This document shows, piece after piece, positions 23,801 through 38,800 of a stretch of 64,000 bases of DNA. Numbering within the stretch: the first letter of the stretch is position 1; each line of letters starts with the position of its first letter. A program made the translations under genes and the position numbers. The notes below the pieces were generated by a model, which searched no databases, was not told where the DNA came from, and saw nothing but the letters and a program-made list of their open reading frames with translations. Source of the DNA: Phoronis australis (Eukaryota; Animalia; Phoronida); NCBI GenBank assembly GCA_002633005.1, contig NMRA01000198.1, forward strand, positions 656,115 through 720,114, written 5' to 3'.

Positions 23801-26800
23801 AATTTGATGCACACCTTAACCCTCCATAAAATGTTTGGTGCACAAGAACTTATTACACGTACAATAATTTTTCACTATTGATGAGACTGTTGATGGGTCT
23901 CTGCCAAATGTAACCATGAATAATTGCAGACTCAAAATTTGCGTTCTCATGTGTTTCGAAATCCTGGAAATATTTCACGAAAAAGTGAAAGTGATTAATT
24001 ACGCTAACGGTTGTGTCCCTAATTACTCGTGCTGGCTGCTGGACTACCGGTATTTTTTTGTTGCTCCTATTGGCAGGCATTGATGAAAAAACAGATAGAG
24101 CAAAACTATATATGGGTCAACAGCAGTGGTTTTATGATAAGATCTGAATGTTAATTGAGTAAATAAGCTGTGGTAACTGGTGGAGAATAAAATTTCCCGG
24201 TATTAGTCCAGGCAAATTTGGTGGAATTCAGAGTACTGTATCAATTGTGTCCCAATGCAAAAATTCTTATTATTAAAATTTTAACGGTGAAAGTAACAAG
24301 ACTACCTCGTCCACTAAATTTCACATAGGAATGGAACATGCGTGACTTTCATGTAAAGTGTCGGGACCAGCAGTAAACGGAAATTAAGTGTTTACAAAAA
24401 CAATCACAACTTTGAAGTACATTTTATCTGTCCAAGCTTGGCAGCTGGGAATAAAAGTTGTTCTAGTTGTTCACGCGGTGGTTGGTATTGGGGAGAACTC
24501 AACAATTTTGTGTGCCTCAAGGAAAGCTTGTGTGCACTACAAGCATTGTGAATGATATGGCCCCGTTGTTGTAGAAATGCACACCAATTTGAAGGTTGTT
24601 CAACATGTAGTTATCCCTCATTTACCTGGTCCCTTTATCATTACTGAATTTAATTTAACTACTTCCTGTTTGCTACAATTGTTGTGAAATCAGTCTAACA
24701 CCTTGTTATTCTTCGTCAAAGCAGTGCTCTTGACATGTTTGCATATTTTCAATCGTTTATCCAGTTATAGTATAATGGTTCCTAGTCAACATTTCTTTTC
24801 CCCCTGACACACATTGCTTAGAATGATGTCTAAATCTCAGAATTGGTAATGAACTTTAGTAAAATTTAGCACATCTTCTGATCATTGCTTTTCATTGCCG
24901 TTGTTATCATCATTTTCAGCGCGCCTCTCGACCCTCGTCTGCCTCAGCACCCAAGAAGTTGGGTAAGATTGACGTGACGGGTCTATCTGGTGAAGAAGTA
25001 AGGATGATACGTCGTGTCAAGGAAGAGAACAGACGTCGGGGGGGCTTTGTGCGCATCTTTCCTACCAGGGATTCATGGGAGCTATATGGGTAAGATGGAT
25101 ATCAAGTTGCCCTGTGTTAGAATGCTCAGTCGGTCACGATTTTAAGCGGGCGTGTCACAATGTTAAATTCATAACTGATGCACTTTGAGATTTTAAAGTA
25201 TTATCATGCTCATCGGATCTTGAATCTTTACCAAAGTTATGCAACAAGGTGGCCATTTTGTTCTACTTTTTCACTAAGTATGTAGACCTGCAAGTGGTTT
25301 ATATTCATGGTGCTACATCGAACACAAAGACTGTTTCAATTTTGCTCTTCCTTTCAGCTCTTTCATGCAGTTCACCACCAACAATAACCTTCTCCTCCAC
25401 CAAAGGCTCTTTCCAGAGAAGTAAGTACAGCATTGTTTAGTTGTCCTTAATTAACACAGGGGTTGTGGTTCAGAAGCTGTTCTTTGTCAGTGTGTTTCAT
25501 TTGTTGTCTGTTGTTACGGTCTGTAAACATGAGTCACGTGAAATCCTAGATATATGTGTAACGGTTTTTTTGAATGAATGTTCAACATTGTTGTGTCAGT
25601 GAAATGTTCCAACTGTGTTCAGAGTTTCAAGCTGTATTTTTGACGACTTTTGGCTCAGAATGCAGAAGTTCTGATTGTCCTTTAATATTCTGTATGTTGT
25701 TGCTTCACCCGATTACAGGGTTTCTATATCCGTAGCTGGACTTATTCCCAGCCTACAGCTGTATCCTCCACCAATCATTAGTGCACATGCCTGCCTTCTA
25801 GGCACTGAAGTGACTATCTTATAAGAGATATTTGTCTTAACAATTAAGTTGCACACGTCTTCTTGTGTTTGAGTGTTCACTTAATGCCAGACATTTGTTG
25901 TAGCCACAGTGGGGACAAAACGGTGGTTGTCAACCCCAGACCCACCCCTAAGTGAGTCTAGATGTAGTGCCCTTAGCATGGACTTTGGGTTTGCATGCTG
26001 ATATACCCACTAACTGACTGTACACTTAAACAAGGTTGCATGGTAGCATTTAGCCAGCCAGCTAGCTGTATGAAGACTGTCGTCAAAATACAGCAAGGTA
26101 CCACTGTGTGTATTTCTTCCGTAGACCCCGAAATTGCACGCAGCCAGGGTAGTTCTGCTCGTCACCATGCCGTGAAACTTGTATCAAAATGTAAAGCTAA
26201 AGACCGGAGGGGGTGTATGCAAAATCTGGGAATCAACCGATACTCACCTTGCTCGTTACAGCCGTTTAAGTGAAAAACAATGCAATAAACGTCATTTTCT
26301 TGCGTAACTCTCCGCCTTTTCTAACAATGAAAAGTATGTCGTCGTTTTGAAAACAATACGCTCGTGTCACGCGCACGCGCCATTTCCTAAATTTTCGCGA
26401 CAACTTCGGAAAAGCAAAATTTGTTCTGAAATTCGGTTTTTCGGTATCGAAACTCTAAAAACTTGTAATGAAGTGAAACCAGTTCCAATAATTTGTTGTG
26501 ACATGTACGCAAGCTCGTGAAAGAACAGTAGTTGGTTGAAGAATCGGCGAAAAAAGAAACTGGCCAATAGGTGACACAATATTTCATGGCGCCGAAAGCC
26601 GTCGCTAAAGATCGCTCCACAACTTTAGCAGCAGAATAACGGTAGAACGCCATTTTTCCAACACTGTTAAATAATTTTTTTTACTCAAGGAAGACTGTAG
26701 TTTTTAACGACACTAATTTTGTGTTAGATTTTATCTTACCACTTTTTTACCCACATCGGTGCAAAGCTGTATATTTATATACAGCTTTGTACCAAGACTA

Positions 26801-29800
26801 GGTAGCATTAAGCATTTCCTTGTCTGTCTTGGAAATAGGACGTACCAACTAATGTCATTCAGAATGTGTAAATTGCTGAGATGGCATGTAACGACATGTT
26901 ATGTCCCAGTATTTCAAGGTAGCAACCATTTTATTCGAAGCGTGTTTACACCGACAAAAGAATATGGATTTGTTTGTCAGTGTAATTATTTCCTTGCTGA
27001 GCCTCATTAAACTAGCCATTCTATCCAATGTAACATGGGGTTGGTGATGGAAGTGTTTTGTGTGGTCCCATTTACATTTACTGTTGAAACCCTGCTACAA
27101 CTGGTTTTCTATACACACTAATTAACCTGTATGCTGATAATATGGACAGGGTCTCCACACTTTGCTGAGGATGTTTTCCTTTAAGTTCTGCTGGCTTCCT
27201 GCCTCCATCCTTCCCATAAGTTGAACTATTGCTTTAGCATGCCAAAGGTTTGCAAGCTGATGTCACTCTTTCTTTATCAAAGGCCCGGGATATTATCTTT
27301 TTATACAAATTCAAACTTAAAATTATTGTAAATTTTTTCTGTTCTTCTTTGGTAAGGGACTATTACTCTGTGCTTGCATATGTTATGGTTTACGTATACG
27401 ACTGTGTAATCCTATTTTACATTTGATGACCTCAGCATTGAAGTCATAAGTTCGAGGTTGAGCTCAGAATTTTTTACTCGAAATCTCTTGTATTTACTTT
27501 TGAGTTTGTAGCTCGAATTTAGGGGTCATCAAGTGCAAATTTGGAGTACACAGTGGTTACTGTAATTTGGAGTACACAGTGGTTACTGTAATTTGGAGTA
27601 CACAGTGGTTACTGTAATTTGGAGTACACAGTGGTTACTGTAATTTGGAGTACACAGTGGTTACTGTAATTTGGAGTACACAGTGGTTACTGTAATCTGT
27701 AATAGTTTTGTGTTGAAACGGAGCTGGAAATGACAAATATTTAATTTCAAGTTCAATTTCGAGTAGAAGATTAGATCCTGGGTGTAGATCTTTCCAGAAC
27801 AAAACTTTATTATTTCAGTCATTTGCAGGCTTAAAAGAGATACGAATTTAAGTTTTGGAAGGAATTCCTTACTGCTGCATTTCAATTTTGATTGAATAAT
27901 TAGCATGTGCCAGTGATATGTCTTTTGCAATTGATGAGAGTTTTTCATACTGTAATTCTGTTGTCCTCCCAACAATGTGAGTTTTTAAGGACTTAGTTGT
28001 TTTTACCCATTGTGTATTGACATTTGTTAGATCAATTAAGTATCGTTTATCGTGACTGTAGCAATTGTGGTAGATATATCAACTCACTCAGTATTCTGTA
28101 AACTACAAAACACTATGGTTCACCATTTCATAAGCCAGTCTATGAGTCACCTGTTGTGATGCTTCTGTGCCTCATCCATGAAAACATTTACAATGTTCGC
28201 TTGGCTCTTAGGTTAGGTTAGTTCACACTTCACTTATAACTCAGCCTATGAAGACTGTGTTCTCAGAGACAATGGTTTCAGAGTTGTCCTCTACTTCAGT
28301 AAGAGGTAACCAACGCGGCACATACAAAAAAGTTTTTTAAGAAAAGGCTTAATGCGTGTTTACATGATAACATGACTGTATGGTTGACTTACTAGCCAGC
28401 CATTTTTCCCTTATCTCTTGTCTATTGCTCACAACATTATAGGATTATTAGAGAGGGAAGTCAGCTAACCTTATAATTTTTGGTCAGTTTGGCATATTTT
28501 ACTAAATACTCCAAAGGGTATTTGGAACCTTTTCAGTGGTTTTCTATAAAATGAAATAAATAAAAGTATGCAGTTCTTCAAACCAGAAGAGGTGATGCTG
28601 ATCTATGTCTGACAATGTCCACCATCCTGGGTAAGTTCCGTACTCTCACTTTTCAGTTCCAATAACTCACTGAGAGGTTCGCAACTTTTCAGTCAAAGAC
28701 AAGTTACATATAATATTTACTTTGACTTGAGCTATGATGCCTGAAACAGGTATTGAGACTGATACAGTTGGTTAGTCAGACACAGACTGTTTGAATTATG
28801 CGACTTTAACACTGCATTGCACTGACGGTTTGGAGAATTGTTAATATGATGGTTTTTGTAAAAATCAACAAAAAAGATTTTGAAAAATATGCCAAATTGA
28901 CTAAAACATAGGTAGAATTTCCCCTTTAATCATGATCTTTGTTGGACCTGTGCTAGCACAATGAACTTCTAGTTCGTGGAGAAATTTGTTACAACTTCCT
29001 TTCAAAACTAATAAAAAAAATATTTGCAGGTGGTCTGTACCAGACGTGCGCAGGCCGCACATGTGGGCCCATTGCACTGATCCCCTGGAACTATTTTTGT
29101 GCTTTATTAATATATAGTTAAAACCGAGCTGAGGAGCTAGAAACCTGACTGAAGGGTCTAGCAGTGTGACCCAGTAGGACTCGAACCCACGACCTCCAGT
29201 AAAGTAGGCGGGCACCTATCACACTAGGCCACATTGCCTCCTCTCCTTTAAAAACTAGATCACTGCTCAGTGCACAAATAGTACCTTGATCCACCAGATG
29301 TAGGCTGTAGTCTTATGCATGCAAATGTCTATCAACGTAATATTTAAGTCAAGTTATTGAAGTGTTAGTTTCCCCGAAACAGATGTGGTCATTTTTCAGT
29401 ACATTCTCTAGTTCTGAAATCTCTACATTCCAGTAATTGTCAAATTAATATGAATTAACAAATTACCTCATCATTTGTTTAGTCTGTGGTTCATGTACAA
29501 GTGATATGATTCCAAACAAAGGTCATACCCTAGACTTATTCAACTCTTTATTTCAGATACCATTACAGCGGAAAAGTTCAAAGTAATTACACTAACGTCA
29601 ATGCCAAGATCAAGTGAGTGTTTAAGCGCACGTGACTTGTCAAGTGCAGTACACAGACTTTGACTGCGCAGTATTATACGGGTGGATTTAGGGGGTAGGG
29701 CGGCACACCGACTTGTCCACGACCCTCTGCTGTGGGCACGAGCAAAAAACATTCCCATTTTGGGACTGGCGCAAATGTTGCGCCTTCAGAAATTGTGGTC

Positions 29801-32800
29801 GAGCCGCACTCGTGACATCATGTATCAATTAGTGTTGTAAATCGGATTATGTGTTGTGGCACAACAATGACCTAGTGAATATGACCCATGTGTTGTTGTT
29901 TCAGGTCCTGGACCATTCACATCCACAGTGCCCCATACCCCACCTTGACATCGGGGGCTGGGCCAGAGGTAGGCTAGTTGTCTTATTGCACGTATTTGGG
30001 GTCTTGCTTTTTAGTTTGTGCATCATTGATGTATATCAGATGAAAAGAATGCTAAAGGTATTTCGAGACCATTTGCTGTTCCGTGTTTTATGTATTCTTA
30101 CTAGTTTAAGTCACATTTACTTAGTTTCAGGAAATATGTGAAGTGACAATCAATTTAAAATTCAATGAGTTACTCATGATTAGAATTTTTCTAATATGTC
30201 TTTTACATATTTTTAAGATGTTTTTAAATCTGCTGTAACCCTGCTTTCTGTTAAAAACTGATATAGGCCACCTACCACTGTAGTACAAAAGTGGCTTCAC
30301 CTTGCCCCTTACGTCTAATTTGTATATAGCCCTGAGTCCATGACCACTTTTGCAATGGTTGATAGTCTTAAATCATTATTTTTACAGGTGGCAGGTTTAA
30401 TGCAGATTTAACTATAATCTTTCCCCTCATTGAACACACTTCCACTTAGTTGTCATAGCCAGGATGCAAGCTGTTACAATGATGATGAAACATTCATGGG
30501 GCGACTAAAAAAGAATTTAAAATAGTAAAACTTATAGTAAAACTAAAACGACGAGCGTCGGTAGCACACCCTTGACAAAGAGCGCATCGCTCGAAACGTG
30601 GGGATATTTTAATATATTTTAGTACCGATGCTCGTCATTTTAGTTTTGCTAGTTTTACTATTCTATATTTTTGTTCATCGGTAACTGCACGGCATTCCAA
30701 CTTCTACTTGATAAAAAAGAATTCTTGAAATTTGAACTTAAAGTCTTTGGTTGATCTCATGATTTGTGAATTAAAGCGATGGTGTTAGTGTATGACTAAT
30801 GTTACTATTATCTTTGAACATTCAAACTTAGAAATTGTCAATTGTTTTTTTTCAGTTGGTTGTTGTAATTTCTTATAAGATAACTGTCAACATTCGTAAA
30901 TTTTCGTCTCATTTTTCTTTAATTAGCCTTTTAACTATCCTATTTCAATCCTCAATACCTGAAAAATCTCGCTTCATGCCTTGAAACTGTGCATGGTTGT
31001 TAACACTTATGTGACTGCCATTGTTTGTGAAAATTGTGTGTCTTTTTTACTTTGAACATGATTTTCCAAAAAATTGAACTTCAGGAAACTTACTATAGAC
31101 AAAGTGATAAACTATACTGTCCACACATAGGGAACTCTCTCACATTTTTTATTTACCCTCAAACTTCAGATATCAGCCATTTAATTTCCTTTTGAAAAAA
31201 ATACCCTGACTCTTCCTTTTGATGGCCAATGTCTCCATTATTCGAAGGAAAATAAAAGTTATGAGAAACTCCTTAGCTGTACCATATGGAATAAGTATGC
31301 AACGTTTCATGCAAATCAACCGTCACAATCAGGAGAAATCACTTTTCAAAACTGCTAAAATGTTGAAAATCAACATGCTCAAAACTGTCGTCATAGATTT
31401 GTTAGGAATTAAAATTTAGCATAAGTCTTTCTTAACAACTCACACATTTGGCACATCAATAATGCATTTAAAGAAACGTTATATATAGCTATGAAAACAG
31501 GTATATGATTTTTTACATAATGTTTCATATTGCATTTTTGAAGAAAAGTCTGTAAGTGGGGAAAGATAGCAAGTTTACCACATCAGTTCTGGTAACCAGC
31601 TTTTGTTGCCTTCTCTCAAACTTAAAAGCATTATCTCAGTTTGAAATGTTTACCTCCAAAGGTGCACCGCACATACTATTGCTTTAATAAAAAAACCCCA
31701 ACACTCGTTAAAGATGAATTAGTGTCCATAACGAACTGACTGTGTATGAGGGACATGTCATTACAGTTGGTACCCCACCAGGATGTTAAATGCAGAAAGG
31801 TAGTATTACCAAAGAGTTACTGGAATGTTGACCCGTTGCACATATCCCGCCCGCACTCACGCGTTTACCTTGGACAGATCCCCACTACCACTCACATGAT
31901 GTCTGAAAGTTATTTGATTTCAGTGTTACTGTGACATTGTGAAGTCACTTCTGATCGTAACTTAAAATTACACCCTCATATCTTCCTTCCATTGAGTGAC
32001 TACTGCTCTATGTTAGTTGCTGTGTCAGGCGGCCTGTTGCCCAATAAGAGACTTGGCCCCCATAGGATGAGCGTGCAGATGAGAAACTTCTACCATCGAT
32101 GTCAAGGTGGAAGTTGTACAAAAAATCTCGCTTTGCTCATTAGTGATGCGAAAAATGCCTTTGACGATGTGTAGAGAATAGTTGCAATACAGTTCATGAA
32201 TATGTTGTCTGCAGCTCATTGGCATTGTGGAGAACAAGAAGGAGCATCCCAGCAAGGAGATTATACGTCTGCTGTCTGCAGCTGTCACCTATATCACCAG
32301 GCGTTGTCTGTTTGACAAAGTAGTAATGAACTGCATTGTACGTCCTTCTTGACACAGCTTTTGTGCACTCCGGTACTTGTACTGATGTGCGCTGAGCCTG
32401 AATGTCTTGTTTCTGGGAAATTTGCTATTGGGCAGATGCCTGTCTTGACACAGATATCCATGTCTTTGATGTTTCTGTTTTTTTGTATGGATTTGTTGAC
32501 ATTTTGAAAATTTAAAAACTGCACGACGTCATGTGGGAGGTTTGCATGGATATCCAGGGGGGTTTGTCACATGATGCTTCCCATAATGCTTCTGGCAAGC
32601 GGATGGTACGTGCTCTGCATGGTTGGTGGTATTGGTGGCAGACATGCTCTAGATCTAGACTGTCACAGTTTTGTTGTATGTTATTCTAGCCAGCAGTAGT
32701 GCATGATCTCGGTGAAAAACTGCGCACACAGGCCATTATGGCTAAACAACAGCAGGTGATGGTGTTTTTAACCCAACCCAATATTTCTCTGTGTTTGTTG

Positions 32801-35800
32801 CTTGAAATTGGTGGTGTCTTGATAGTCGCCTGCCTTATTTTTCTTTTGTAGTTCGACTTCAATCTGTAGATTTACCATGATGCTCTGCTAAGAGAGCCTT
32901 TCTTTTAAACTGCAATACACGCAGTTGTACTCTCAGTATTTGATTTGAAAATTTATGTTCTAATACCTCCTCAAATTTAAAAGTGCTGAGCATATTTTTT
33001 AACTTGGTGCGCAGGCATGATATTGTTCATTTAAGAAACCTCATTGATGCTCTATTGAGTGCTGTATTGGTGGTTTAAAAATAGCCAAGTTCGAAGTCAG
33101 ATAAAATAAAAGTGAAATGCCGAAAATAACGACTATGAGTTCCAGTACAGCTTAAGTATACATAGAAAACAAGAAGATGGTGTTAATTTGCCTTACTCTA
33201 CAACCCAATTCTCTGGGGCATGTTACAAAATTAAATCAAATCATTATGTGTGAAACAGGATGTCCTAAGGTAATTGTCATATTACCAAAACAGCGCTCAA
33301 TATGACTAAATCAAGTACCAAACTTTAGTTAGTGTCTTCTGGGTAAAGAATGTTTTTCATGAAAAAACAGAGTGATTTTTAAGTCAAATGTTCATTATTT
33401 TCAAAAATTGGTTCTGCCCATTTTTGATTATCGACTAAGTGTTAGTAAGAATGTTCATGATAATGCGTCGCATTGTTCAGTATTAAATTTCATATTTGTG
33501 CGTTTTAACGGTTGAATTATTTGTAAAACGCTTTGAATGTCTTTATAACACATTCCAACTGCAGGTCTTTGTGACTTTCAACTTGATTTTGCCCTGTTTG
33601 GATCTCGATAGTTATGAAATCCCCACGTTCTTTGTCGTCTCGGACTGGCATGACTCACGTCCACTGCTTCTTGGAATTCCCTTTCTTACCTTTCCTAATT
33701 TGTGACTTGAAGCTGCATTTTGCACCGTTAAGCTGTCAACCGAAGGGATTTGGGGTTCAAAAAACATCAACAAACTCATCTGATCTTGAATTGTAGCCAA
33801 ATGAGATGGCAACTCAAATCACTGGCAATTCGTACATGTGCCATTTTTGAATCGCAATTTTAGGGTTGATCAACCCCAATAAAATGTGAAGCGTTTTCTC
33901 GAGTCTCTGATGGTTTTTGATGTTTTTGTTGGTAATGGAAATACAATCGTATCTCAGTAAGGTATATAATGAGACCGGTTTTATGAGAGTAAGAGGATTA
34001 ATTATTTTTTATGTAACCAGTGAAACGAAGCAAAATGCATCTTTAAGTATGCATTCAAATATAAGCAATACCTAATTGTTCTTCTTTGCAGGTATTGGCT
34101 TTGAGTCTACCTCCTAAGATGTATCTCACGGTGTTTTCAACTTTTATTTCTATCTGTTTTATTGAAATTTTTAGGAATTAAGTTTTTGTAAATATTGGCT
34201 TTAATTTTGCCCAGAACATTTCTTTTTTCCATTAAAAGATGTTTCGTATGATATGAGAATCAAATTTTGCTGGCAACCAGTTGGTACAACATGAAAGGAT
34301 TTGTACTTGTAATCTGTTGCAAGTAGTTATTTTATCAAAAATATCAGACTTTTGTTGTTTAAGATACACGTGATGTAACCTAGCAATAAGAATACATCTG
34401 GAATTGGTAAAAAGCGTTATCAACCCACTTTTTACCAATTGAAAAAAGCTGACAAAAATTCCGAATTATAAACAATTTCAAGTGAGCTGAATAAAAATTC
34501 AAAGCATAGTATCTCATTCCTTTTCAAGGAATTAACATTTTTTATAAACCAAATCTTTTTGGAATGAAATTAAGCTTGTTATCTTTAAAATCTGTGATTT
34601 AGTACCCATTTACTTTTGATGTATAAATGAATAGCCAAAACCATTATTTGTATTTTGCATTTCAGATGGAACAATACATGCGTAATGCATTCAGTCGTTC
34701 AGAGCAATATGAGCGCAAGCTGAGAATCCATGGTAGCACGAAACCACGCGCCCGCCACTCTAAGAATAAGCCAACGTCGAGTGGTCCTCAGCCAAAAGGT
34801 GGCACTAAGTTTGTTTTGTTAAGATATGTGACTTTGAAGGGTTATTGTCACTTATTGAGCAGATGAAGTCTTGCTAGAAAAATTGGTAATCTTGGAATAT
34901 GTACAAACAACGTTTTATGATTAGTGTTGCCATACGGATATATTAATTTTAAGTAGTGTTGCGTTGAACTTTTTATTTATGCTTAAAACTGGTGCATGTT
35001 GAAAGAAATTGCATTTTTATGCGCTCACATATATTTACATGGTCGCAATTTGTCATCAACTCTATCTGGGCGTCAGTCGTCTGCTGCTGTTTCTTCAAAA
35101 TCCCTTTGAGGATCTTCATGAAAATTGGCAGATGGAGCTGGGTACAGGCGACAACGATGACTTTCAGATGGATCTGACTACCTCTGTGCCCCCTAGTGGC
35201 ATTTTTAGCACTTTATGTTTGCCTCTGTATCTTCGGTGTTCCTGAATGGATTTTCATGAAATTTGAGAAATAGGCTGGGAAGAGGACACGTCTTTTTATT
35301 TTGAGATGGGTTTGACGTATTCTGTGTGCCATGTTGTGGCCATTTTTATAGTGCTAATAAACACATGCAAAAGCTGACGGCTTGAGGACGCATTTCAACC
35401 CTCTGCACTGTTTCTGTGTTGTTGGTGTTAGGACCCTGTAACATCAAGGTACCTCATTACGATTTTGAAAAGATGAGAAAAAGAGTAGGTGTTGTATATC
35501 TTGAGTGGAAACTTTGTGGTCAGGGCTGCATTTGAGGCAGGTTTTGTCCAAAGTTGCCCTGTACAGCCATTGTTCAGATCGTCTCGTGTAGATGCTAAAT
35601 AGACTGGGTAATTGTGGGAACAATTTTGCTGAAACGGGCCGCTTCCCGACTGTGTTATTTCTCCCTGAATCTGTACATGTTGGGATGATTATTCCCTGTT
35701 CTCTCACAAGTCATCTGTAATTTCAAAGTAACAATACACGTGTGCATCCTATTCAAAACGAGTCCTTTGAAATGGCTGTGTGTGAATTGTTCTTATAACT

Positions 35801-38800
35801 GGACCTTTATTCCTCAGCCACATTCCGTGGTTCGTTGGTGCAAGGTGTAACGTCACTACCAAGCAATCGACCAGCTGAGGAAGAGGAACACGATGTGAAA
35901 CCTCCACCGGCGCCACCTGCAAAACCTGTCAAATTGACGGCTAGTAAAGAAAATGATAAACAACTGCCGTCAGCGACGTCTGCTTCAACACCTGCTGCAG
36001 TGTCTGCCACTTCAACTGGCATCTCTGCTGCCGGCGTGGCCGGCGGAGAGAAACTTGTTGAGGTAGAGACGGATAAACCATCGATGGAGGCTAAGGTCCA
36101 AAAGAGGCCGCTGTCGCCCAAGATGGATGTTGTGGGATGTCTAAATAGAGGAGGCACTCTCAGGTGTGTGTGTGTGTGTGTGTATGGCGGAGTTTGGAGT
36201 CATGTCTCTGTGCATGTCACCTAATCTTATGGAATAGATCTAATTTAAGCTTATGAAATGTAAATTGGTTTAACTTAAAGAATGCATCAGTTATTCATGC
36301 AGACTACTTTTTATTGAAGTATGTGGTTGAGATACACTAGTTTTCTCCAAGTTTGTCAAATTAAACAACAATTTCCTCTAACTTTTTATTATCCAAACTA
36401 AAAATGAAATTTGCCATGGTCTGAATTTTAGTCACCCAAAATATATCTTGTGCTTTCCAGCTTTCTCAGAAGAGACTCAGCGCAGTATAGACATTCATTT
36501 CAAGTAATGGTCAACGGGCCCACATTATGAACATACTAGTATAATAAAAAGAGACTACAAGATAATCTAAACCCAAATCAATCAAATAGTTTGAAGTACT
36601 ATTGAAAAGTGTTATTAAAACATTTTACATTTCACAATGTTGTATTTCCATGGCATTTCTAAATCTTCTGTTCTTTTACCTTATAGCAAGATACAAGCGC
36701 GTACAGCCTTTGCCATGTACTTATCAAGAGTGCAGTCACGTCTGATGACAGAGACTAATACATCAGAGTTCAGTGATGTGGAAAGTGCCAATGAACAAAT
36801 GGTGAGTGAGTTACCTAAGCTAAATCTTAGCTCGGGACCAGTTTCGGTTAATTGTCAAATTTTCTCCTCATTGAAAACCAGCTGTAGTTCAACTGTAAGC
36901 TTAGTCCCTATGTTTTCCTTTGGTGTAATTGTTTTGTCGTATATGTTATTCAACCTTTTTACTGTTTGCTTTTTTGACGCAGAATGTTGCGCATTAAAAC
37001 TGTGTATAATTTTCCTAGGACTAAAAATCAATGCGTTAAAAGCAGTCGTTAAAAGTAGCGAAAAAACAAAGAGTTTGTTGGTGCTGAAACTGATCAATAA
37101 GTCACAGAAGGCCCAATGCCATCATATCAGGAGTTTATGCAAACAGGTGCCTGCAAATATAGATTGATGGGCCTGCTTTCAGAACCCCAATTAAAACTGT
37201 GTATGGTTAGTAGAGTTTCCCATGAACTGTGTTAGTGAGTGTCAAACAATGAAAAACGAGAAAAGTCTGATGTGCTGACTAGTTTACAAACAGACTGATG
37301 AAATATTAGTTAGATTCTAGTAAAAGAGGGTTTGTGGGAAGGAACTTCTTTATTCCACCACCCTCATTTTTGTTTTATTTCCTAACCCATTGCCCAAATT
37401 TTTTTTTAAATCAGTTTGGAGAGCAGACACCCATATTAATTTAAAATTATACTTGGTCACTTAAATGACTTGAGTTTGCGTATGTTTTGCTTGTCGTTCC
37501 AAACAAAATTTGAACTTTTAGATGCTGTCACTTGTGTTTCATATTATACGTAAGAATTATTCTCCTCTCCTTTACAGATTTTACTGGAACAGCCCTAAAT
37601 ACAATCATTAATTTTGGGTTACTTATAAATCTTGGAAAACCATGTGGTAAAAAGTGTAATCAACCACATTGTCCTGGCTAAATGAGAACAATTTTTGTGT
37701 AATTTATGACTTAAAGTTTCCTTAATGAGACGAATGAACTATTAGTAAGTACAAGAGTGCTGAATGCACACAGACCTCAAAATATTAGTTTCAAAAGTAA
37801 CGTCATGTGTCCCTGAGAAATGGAATTAATACCTTTACAGCATTGCGTTTTGAAATTGTTGTGTTGTTATTTACGTGTTATAGAAAAAGACACCAATGAA
37901 TGTATCAGAGGTACAGTAATTGATATCGTGCACGTTTTCATTAAACAAGAAGTTTGTTTTCACTGGACTTGGATGTCCTGAGTGCCAGCCTGCCTTTATT
38001 TAAAGTAGTTTTTGTTCTGGTTAATGTTTTGCACCCATTTCTCTTGTAGTTGAAAGTTAGGTAAATGATTTTTTGAAGTATTTTTCAATTCTTAGCCGAC
38101 TTACTTTGATTTTTTCAAGGATGTCTTGTTTTGTTTTTATTAAAAATGCTGTTAACTTGTAATGGATTATCAACTTTTGCTGATAATTATTGCTGTAGCG
38201 TGTGTAATATTGGTTATATTGAAGGCTACATCACAAGGTTAAAAATACTGTTTTTATAGTAGTTTTGAGGTAAAATAGAAGAATGAGTCAGTAATACTTA
38301 AGGCTACACCCTTGAGTTCCATTCTGACCACAATGTGACCACAATATGACCACGATATTACCACAATATGACCACGACCACGATATGACCACGATATGAC
38401 CATGGAAGTTAAAAACTTTTAAAACTTGCCTTATTTCGTGACGCGAGTTTTTGTGACGATCGCATGCCAAAATTTGCTAAAAATTAGAAACTCACCATTG
38501 TGTGAAACGGGATTTCCCAAGGTAATAATCACATTGCCTAAACTACACTCAATATAACTTTTACATTAAAAAAGAGGCATTGAATTTGATTGATGCTTAT
38601 CAAAAGGTTTCTTTACTTTTTCTATATGGTGTGAAAAAAATTAGTCTTGTCAACTTGCAGTAGTTTTGTTAACTGCTTCCAAATGAAATAGTCTTCATTT
38701 ATGCTTTTTCTTATGGAATGTTTACATCTGAAAGTGGTCAACATTTGGCTATGATTGCAGTTAAACTCTACTCACTCAAATGTGATCCTAAATTTGAGCT

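Noticed and set aside
27541-27696. CRISPR-like appearance of 26-bp repeats
   Set aside because: No spacers, no cas genes, eukaryotic intron.
28217-28305. Candidate extra TTLL5 exon
   Set aside because: Phase 2 to 1 would put the next candidate exon (29905) into a frame with a stop; no homology support.
29160-29242. Possible tRNA gene
   Set aside because: A and B boxes are present but I could not form a clean cloverleaf, and it continues into a SINE-like body.
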